Positions 58,239 through 64,000 of a DNA stretch of 64,000 nt are shown here, piece by piece; the first letter of the stretch is position 1, and each line of letters opens with the position of its first letter. The position numbers were made by a program, and so were the translations under genes. The stretch is from NCBI RefSeq assembly GCF_055900595.2, contig NZ_CM148325.1. One strand, 5' to 3'. The notes beneath the pieces were generated by a model, which saw only the letters and a list, made by a program, of their open reading frames with translations, had not been told where the DNA came from and searched no databases.

Positions 58239-58552
58239 AACAGTCAATTGTCTCACTGGCGCAAGTCATTCGTTCGAAAAATGCCGGACCTTACGAACTG
58301 GTTTTAGATATTTTATTTAAAACCAAAGAAAACTATGAGCGAGTAAAATCATCAGGGCAATTAACCCCAGAACTGATTGCGCGCTTATATCATGTTGAAC
58401 CTGACTTTATTCATCGTATTGTCTGGTTTGATCCTTCTAACGCAGTAAAAATTGTCATGCCACGAGATATTATCTCCGGGAATGTAGGTGACAATGATGT
58501 CTATGGCGCACAGCAACATGCACCTTTATTAAATATGAGTTTCGATTTGTAA
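58235..58552 (+). CDS. DUF4387-like small protein, partner of the DUF1446 protein
   Basis: 105 aa; start overlaps upstream stop. Confidence 0.55.
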   Translation: MKQSIVSLAQVIRSKNAGPYELVLDILFKTKENYERVKSSGQLTPELIARLYHVEPDFIHRIVWFDPSNAVKIVMPRDIISGNVGDNDVYGAQQHAPLLNMSFDL

Positions 58553-58712
58553 AAATCCGAACACTTTTAGCCAACTGACATCCCGTCACTTATTGCAGCT
58601 CAACACTTCAGCTATTTGTAAGGTTGTTATAGCAGGTAGATGCCTGAATCTCTATTCAGGCATCCACTTCTCCTGATTCTGATTTATCGCCGTGCACCTG
58701 ATGGAGGAAAAA

Positions 58713-59993
58713 ATGAAGAAAATAAGTTTAACCACGATGATTCTTTTGGCGCTGGTACTTGGAATGATTATCGGCGTAGTGCTCAATAACACTGCTTCAC
58801 CGGAAACAGCAAAACTCTATGCGCAAGAAATATCGATATTCACGACGATTTTCTTACGACTGATAAAAATGATTATCGCTCCGTTAGTGGTCTCTACCCT
58901 GGTGGTAGGTATTGCTAAAATGGGCGATGCCAAAGCCCTTGGTCGTATTTTTTCTAAAACACTCTTTTTATTTATTTGCGCCTCATTGCTGTCAATTGCC
59001 TTAGGCTTGATAACGGTAAATTTCTTCATGCCAGGCACAGGAATTAATTTTGTTGCACACGGTGCCGAAACCACCGGAGTGGTCGCGTCAGAACCCTTTA
59101 CACTAAAAGTATTTATTTCGCATGCTTTCCCCACCAGCATTGTCGATGCCATGGCGCACAATGAAATTTTGCAAATCGTGGTGTTCTCAATTTTCCTCGG
59201 CTGTAGCCTGACGGCGATTGGTGAGAAAGGCAGCGCCATCGTTCACGCCTTAGATTCGCTGGCACATGCCATGTTAAAGCTCACTGGCTACGTCATGCTC
59301 TTCGCTCCCCTGACCGTATTCGCCGCTATTTCAGCATTGATTGCTGAACGAGGACTGGCAGTTATGGTGAGCGCCGGGATCTTTATGGGTGAATTTTATT
59401 TCACCATGTTATTACTTTGGGTGCTGCTTATCGGTCTGGCCATCGTTTATGTCGGCCCCTGCATCAGACGCCTGACCCGCGCCCTTTCTGAACCCGCCCT
59501 GCTGGCATTTACCACATCCAGTTCTGAAGCTGCTTTTCCGGGAACGCTTGAAAAACTGGAGCAATTTGGCGTTTCCCCCAAAATTGCCAGCTTTGTCTTA
59601 CCCATTGGCTACTCATTTAATCTCGTTGGATCAATGGCCTACTGCTCCTTCGCCACAGTTTTCATCGCCCAGGCCTGCAATATCCATTTATCCATCGGTG
59701 AGCAAATCACCATGCTGTTGATCCTGATGTTGACCTCGAAAGGAATGGCTGGCGTACCACGCGCCTCAATGGTGGTTATCGCCGCCACGCTCAACCAGTT
59801 CAATATTCCGGAAGCGGGGCTGATCTTGCTGATGGGCGTTGATCCGTTCCTTGATATGGGGCGTTCCGCGACAAACGTCATGAGCAACGCAATGGGCGCT
59901 GCGATGGTGAGTCGGTGGGAAGGCGAACATTTCGGCGAGGGTTGTCGGGGTAAAGCATTAAAACCCAATGAATCGAACGTTGCTCTGCCCTGA
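58713..59993 (+). CDS. Dicarboxylate/amino acid:cation symporter (GltP/DctA family)
   Basis: GGAGG SD; polytopic membrane protein with DAACS-type motifs. Confidence 0.8.
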   Translation: MKKISLTTMILLALVLGMIIGVVLNNTASPETAKLYAQEISIFTTIFLRLIKMIIAPLVVSTLVVGIAKMGDAKALGRIFSKTLFLFICASLLSIALGLITVNFFMPGTGINFVAHGAETTGVVASEPFTLKVFISHAFPTSIVDAMAHNEILQIVVFSIFLGCSLTAIGEKGSAIVHALDSLAHAMLKLTGYVMLFAPLTVFAAISALIAERGLAVMVSAGIFMGEFYFTMLLLWVLLIGLAIVYVGPCIRRLTRALSEPALLAFTTSSSEAAFPGTLEKLEQFGVSPKIASFVLPIGYSFNLVGSMAYCSFATVFIAQACNIHLSIGEQITMLLILMLTSKGMAGVPRASMVVIAATLNQFNIPEAGLILLMGVDPFLDMGRSATNVMSNAMGAAMVSRWEGEHFGEGCRGKALKPNESNVALP

Positions 59994-60100
59994 GGGGGAT
60001 CTTAAGAAATCAGAAGCCAATGACTACGCATTTTTATAAGCCGGATCATGAAGTTAGACGGCAATTAAGTAACACTAACGTTTAAGGTGAAAAGTGAAAT

Positions 60101-61753
60101 ATGTCCAAACCATTTATCTGGCAAGAACCGTTTCTACAAAATAAAGACGGTACAGAATATACATTAATTAGCGATCAACATATTACAGTAACGGAATTAG
60201 ACGGCGAAGAAGTAATAAAAATCGCTCCTGAAGCATTAACGCTGCTTGCCCGGCAGGCATTTTATGAAGCCTCTTTTTTCTTACGTTCCGCTCATTTGCA
60301 ACAGGTCGCCAGCATTCTTAACGATCCGCAGGCCAGCAGTAATGATAAATACGTTGCGTTGCAGTTATTACGTAATGCTGAAGTCTCAGCAAAAGGGGTA
60401 TTACCCAACTGTCAGGATACCGGCACCGCAACTATTGTTGCCAGTAAAGGGCAACAGATATGGACGGGAGGTAACGACGCTGAAGCCTTAAGCAAAGGCA
60501 TTTACAGTACTTTCCAGGAAAATAATCTGCGCTTTTCACAAAATGCGCCGCTGGATATGTATACCGAAGTCAATACGCAAACCAATCTTCCGGCGCAGAT
60601 TGATATCAGCGCTGTCGCTGGTAATGAGTACCATTTTCTCTGTGTTAATAAAGGGGGCGGCTCCGCCAATAAAGCTGCACTTTATCAGGAAACCAAATCC
60701 TTATTGCAACCAGAAAAACTGACCGCATTTTTAATCGACAAAATGAAATCGTTGGGCACGGCCGCCTGCCCGCCCTACCACATCGCCTTTGTCGTCGGAG
60801 GGCTTTCAGCCGATCAAACCTTAAAAGTTGCCAAGCTGGCCTCTACGAAATATTACGACAATTTGCCCACCAGCGGAAACGAGCAGGGACAAGCATTCCG
60901 TGATATTGAGCTGGAAAAAGCGTTGCTCGAAGCCAGTCAGCAATTTGGTATTGGTGCGCAATTTGGGGGTAAATATTTCGCTCATGATATTCGCGTCATT
61001 CGTCTGCCGCGTCACGGTGGCTCCTGCCCGATAGCTATGGCGCTCTCCTGTTCTGCCGATCGCAATATCAAAGCCAAAATTAACAAGCACGGTATCTGGC
61101 TGGAAAAACTCGAACACAATCCGGGGCAATATATTCCAGCCTCATTGCGGGAAGAAAATCACTCGCTACATGTACACCTGGATCTAAACCGTCCGTTGCG
61201 TGACGTGATGCAGGATCTCGCCAGATTACCGGTAGGTACCCGCGTGTCGTTAAGTGGTCCCATCGTAGTGGCGCGCGATATCGCCCACGCAAAAATAAAA
61301 GCGCGGCTGGATAGCGGCGAATCGATGCCGGATTACCTGAAGCATCATATTGTCTATTACGCTGGCCCGGCGAAAACACCGGAGAACATGGCCTGCGGTT
61401 CACTGGGTCCAACCACGGGCGGTCGAATGGACGGTTATGTCGAAACCTTCCAGGCGGCTGGCGGCAGTCTGGTAATGTTATCGAAAGGTAACCGCAGCCA
61501 GCAGGTCACCGATGCCTGTCACAAACATGGCGGCTTCAATCTGGGAAGTATTGGCGGTGCAGCTGCGTTACTGGCGCAAGAATATGTCAAAAGTCTGCGT
61601 TGCCTGGAATACCCGGAGCTGGGTATGGAGGCGGTGTGGATGATGGAAGTGGAAAATCTGCCCGCATTCATCCTGGTTGATGATAAAGGCAATAATTTCT
61701 TTAGCCAGTTTGAGCAGCAACACCGCTGCGCCAGTTGCCCTGCGGGACATTAA
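60101..61753 (+). CDS. fumD: Class I (Fe-S) fumarate hydratase paralogue, likely mesaconase
   Basis: 550 aa, strongly FumA-like along full length; name fumD is from memory of the O157 mesaconase. Confidence 0.8.
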   Translation: MSKPFIWQEPFLQNKDGTEYTLISDQHITVTELDGEEVIKIAPEALTLLARQAFYEASFFLRSAHLQQVASILNDPQASSNDKYVALQLLRNAEVSAKGVLPNCQDTGTATIVASKGQQIWTGGNDAEALSKGIYSTFQENNLRFSQNAPLDMYTEVNTQTNLPAQIDISAVAGNEYHFLCVNKGGGSANKAALYQETKSLLQPEKLTAFLIDKMKSLGTAACPPYHIAFVVGGLSADQTLKVAKLASTKYYDNLPTSGNEQGQAFRDIELEKALLEASQQFGIGAQFGGKYFAHDIRVIRLPRHGGSCPIAMALSCSADRNIKAKINKHGIWLEKLEHNPGQYIPASLREENHSLHVHLDLNRPLRDVMQDLARLPVGTRVSLSGPIVVARDIAHAKIKARLDSGESMPDYLKHHIVYYAGPAKTPENMACGSLGPTTGGRMDGYVETFQAAGGSLVMLSKGNRSQQVTDACHKHGGFNLGSIGGAAALLAQEYVKSLRCLEYPELGMEAVWMMEVENLPAFILVDDKGNNFFSQFEQQHRCASCPAGH

Positions 61754-61762
61754 GGAAAATGA

Positions 61763-62365
61763 ATGGAAGCGCGAATTTCAACTGAACGGCATGTGCAGCG
61801 CCAGCAGAAATTGAAGGAACAGGTCGATACGCGCGTCGCGGCGGCGATAGAGAAAAAAGGGATCTTGATTGTTTTCACCGGCAACGGCAAAGGGAAATCC
61901 ACTGCCGCGTTTGGTACTGTAACGCGCGCGGTGGGCCATGGCAAAACGGTGGGGGTTGCGCAGTACATCAAGGGGCAATGGGACAACGGCGAATACAATC
62001 TTCTCCAGCCGCTGGGAGTGGAGTTTCATATTATGGGAACCGGTTTTACCTGGGAGACACAGAACCGGCAAGCGGATATCGATGCGGCGAAAGAGGTCTG
62101 GTCGGAAAGCAAACGGATGCTGGCTGACAAGCGTTACGACTTAGTGGTGCTTGATGAGCTCACCTATATGCTGGCTTACCATTATCTGGATACAGAAGAA
62201 GTGATCACTTCTCTGCAAAACCGTCCGGCACAACAAAGTGTCATTGTCACCGGACGCGGTTGCCACAGTCAGATATTAAAAATGGCGGATACGGTAAGTG
62301 AAATCCGCCCCGTCAAACATGCTTTTGATAACGGCATTCAGGCCCAGCCGGGGATCGACTGGTAA
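61763..62365 (+). CDS. Corrinoid adenosyltransferase (BtuR/CobA family)
   Basis: 200 aa; P-loop GNGKGKSTAAFG; strongly BtuR-like. Confidence 0.88.
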   Translation: MEARISTERHVQRQQKLKEQVDTRVAAAIEKKGILIVFTGNGKGKSTAAFGTVTRAVGHGKTVGVAQYIKGQWDNGEYNLLQPLGVEFHIMGTGFTWETQNRQADIDAAKEVWSESKRMLADKRYDLVVLDELTYMLAYHYLDTEEVITSLQNRPAQQSVIVTGRGCHSQILKMADTVSEIRPVKHAFDNGIQAQPGIDW

Positions 62366-62368
62366 TAA

Positions 62369-62400
62369 CTGCGCCTGGCATCCCGCCAGGCGCAGGTTTT
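62369..62400. terminator. Bidirectional terminator between convergent genes
   Basis: 10-bp stem CTGCGCCTGG/CCAGGCGCAG with T-run. Confidence 0.5.
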
Positions 62401-63304
62401 ACATCTCCTGCGGTACGACCGATTTCGCCAGCAACCATTCACGAAATTGCTGCAAGTGCGGAGAGTCAGACTTCTCTTCCTGCCACGTCATAATAAAACG
62501 ATTACCGGTACGAATAGGCACATCACAGGGAATCACCATATCGCCACTATCCAAATCATGTTGAATAGCGAACCGTGGTAACAGCGCCACGCCGAGATTA
62601 GAGCGCACGGCGGCAATCAGCATTGAAAGCAAATCGAAACGTGGTCCGTTATTGACCAGCGGACTGCTAACGCCAGATAAAGCAAACCACTCTTCCCAGC
62701 CAGTAATACGGGTGCTTTGATGCAGAAGTGGTAACTCAGTAAGCAGTTCTGCCACTGACAGTTTTTGATCGGACATTGCAAGCAAACTGCCGCTGCATAC
62801 CGGCAAAATCTCCTCTTCAAAGAGATATTCTACTTCCGCCCAGGGCGCGCAAAAATTTTCGCGCATAATGACAGCATCGTACTCCCGATTAAGAAAATCG
62901 CCGTTATTAGCTAAAGAATGAATATTAACAATAATATCGGGATGTAACTTTGTGAATTCATGTAAATTTGGGATTAACCAGTGGGTACTAAAAGTAGGAT
63001 TAACGGCAAGTTCAATAACCTGAACCGTAGGCTGCCATGTCATAATCGTATTGGTATCGCGCTCCAGCTTATTTAATGTTTCTTTTACTATCCCCAGGTA
63101 ATACTTCCCTGCATCATTAAGAAAAATGCGTTTTTTAGAGTGTGAAAATAACGGAGTATGTAAAAATTCCTCCAGCGCACTTACTTGTCTGAATACAGCA
63201 CTTTGGGTTAACGCTAACTCCTCTGCCGCTCTGGTATAACTTTCATGTCGTGCGACGACCTCAAAAGTCACCAGCAGCTCCGTTTTAGGTATTTTTCCTC
63301 GCAT
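62399..63304 (-). CDS. LysR-family transcriptional regulator (likely regulator of the island operon)
   Basis: N-terminal HTH (ESYTRAAEELALTQSAVFRQV); start taken at second ATG. Confidence 0.8.
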   Translation of the reverse strand: MRGKIPKTELLVTFEVVARHESYTRAAEELALTQSAVFRQVSALEEFLHTPLFSHSKKRIFLNDAGKYYLGIVKETLNKLERDTNTIMTWQPTVQVIELAVNPTFSTHWLIPNLHEFTKLHPDIIVNIHSLANNGDFLNREYDAVIMRENFCAPWAEVEYLFEEEILPVCSGSLLAMSDQKLSVAELLTELPLLHQSTRITGWEEWFALSGVSSPLVNNGPRFDLLSMLIAAVRSNLGVALLPRFAIQHDLDSGDMVIPCDVPIRTGNRFIMTWQEEKSDSPHLQQFREWLLAKSVVPQEM

Positions 63305-63517
63305 AATGCCGTCCGTGAAAAAATAACAATTCAAAAATTATTTTATAAAAAACAGTAGCACTAATGAATATCATAATTCAAATAAACAAACCAGTCAGCT
63401 ATATGTCTAACCAGGAAAATAAAGTGACAATAATCCTAAAACAGGAATTTCACCTCAGTTATCCGCATGCAATACTTTAAAGCTATTATTGCAAGAATAT
63501 TATTCATATACATGAAT

Positions 63518-63641
63518 ATACTCTAAATAAGTCAAGTTGCAGGAAGGGAACAAATAATGAATATCCAGAAGCTTACATAAGTAAGTGACCTGGGTGAGCG
63601 AACATCGATGCAGCACATGCAACTTGAATTATGACAAGTAT
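63518..63641. repeat. ERIC element (second copy, with internal substitution/insertion)
   Basis: Shares both arms with the 17481..17605 copy. Confidence 0.65.
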
Positions 63642-63892
63642 ACAATGATAAATTTATATACCCTATGTTATATATTATCTATGTCCGGTTAAATTGAATG
63701 AGTCATAGCCTTAAAAGACTTCACAAAAGATAATTCCTCTTTAACAATAAGCCAGATTTACCACTTGTAAAACTTGCTATCGCTGCATACACTACGCGCG
63801 TTTTCTTTCCCTTTTGCTGGCTGCTGACCGGAAAGACAAAATTACCCTCGCAATACAGGGGGTTGATTAACGTCTATATTTCAGGACAGCGT

Positions 63893-64000
63893 TATGCATC
63901 ATCTTTCAAGGCTTGATAAAGCCTTTCTGCGCAAAGGGATCCAACTTTCCCGCGCCAACAATATTGTTTCATTATGTCGTCCATCAGGAGCCAGTGCCCG
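63893..64000 (+). CDS. Possible 5-prime end of an unidentified gene running off the window
   Basis: ATG with AGGA upstream and open frame to window end; not recognised. Confidence 0.25.

Overview
Enterobacterial chromosome (E. coli-like gene order) with two accessory insertions in a conserved backbone. (1) 1..13601: the early-left/immunity/replication part of a lambdoid prophage at the lambda attachment site beside ybhC. Its int, xis, N, nutL and nutR look essentially lambda-type, but the immunity module (cI/cro/operators) and replication module (O-like initiator with intragenic iterons plus a primase-helicase) are heterologous. It extends beyond the window start. (2) 13648..49529: conserved core, in order ybhC, ybhJ-ybhI-ybhH / ybhD, pgl, ybhA, modCBA, acrZ, modEF, galETKM, gpmA, aroG, ybgS, zitB, pnuC, nadA, a 7-gene tRNA-Lys/Val operon, cpoB-pal-tolBARQ-ybgC, ybgE, cydX, cydBA. 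(3) 50333..63304: an island upstream of cydA. It starts with two AT-rich ORFs of unknown function, followed by a B12-dependent glutamate mutase / methylaspartate ammonia-lyase / class I fumarase-like (mesaconase) cluster with its own corrinoid adenosyltransferase, transporter and LysR regulator; it is bounded on the right by an ERIC repeat. No CRISPR array or rRNA was seen. The best candidates for something undescribed are a signal-peptide protein in the Rex slot downstream of cI, the two AT-rich ORFs at 50333..51779, and a DUF1446/DUF4387-like pair inside the glutamate-fermentation operon. All identifications are from reading the sequence and recalled family signatures; no database search was run.
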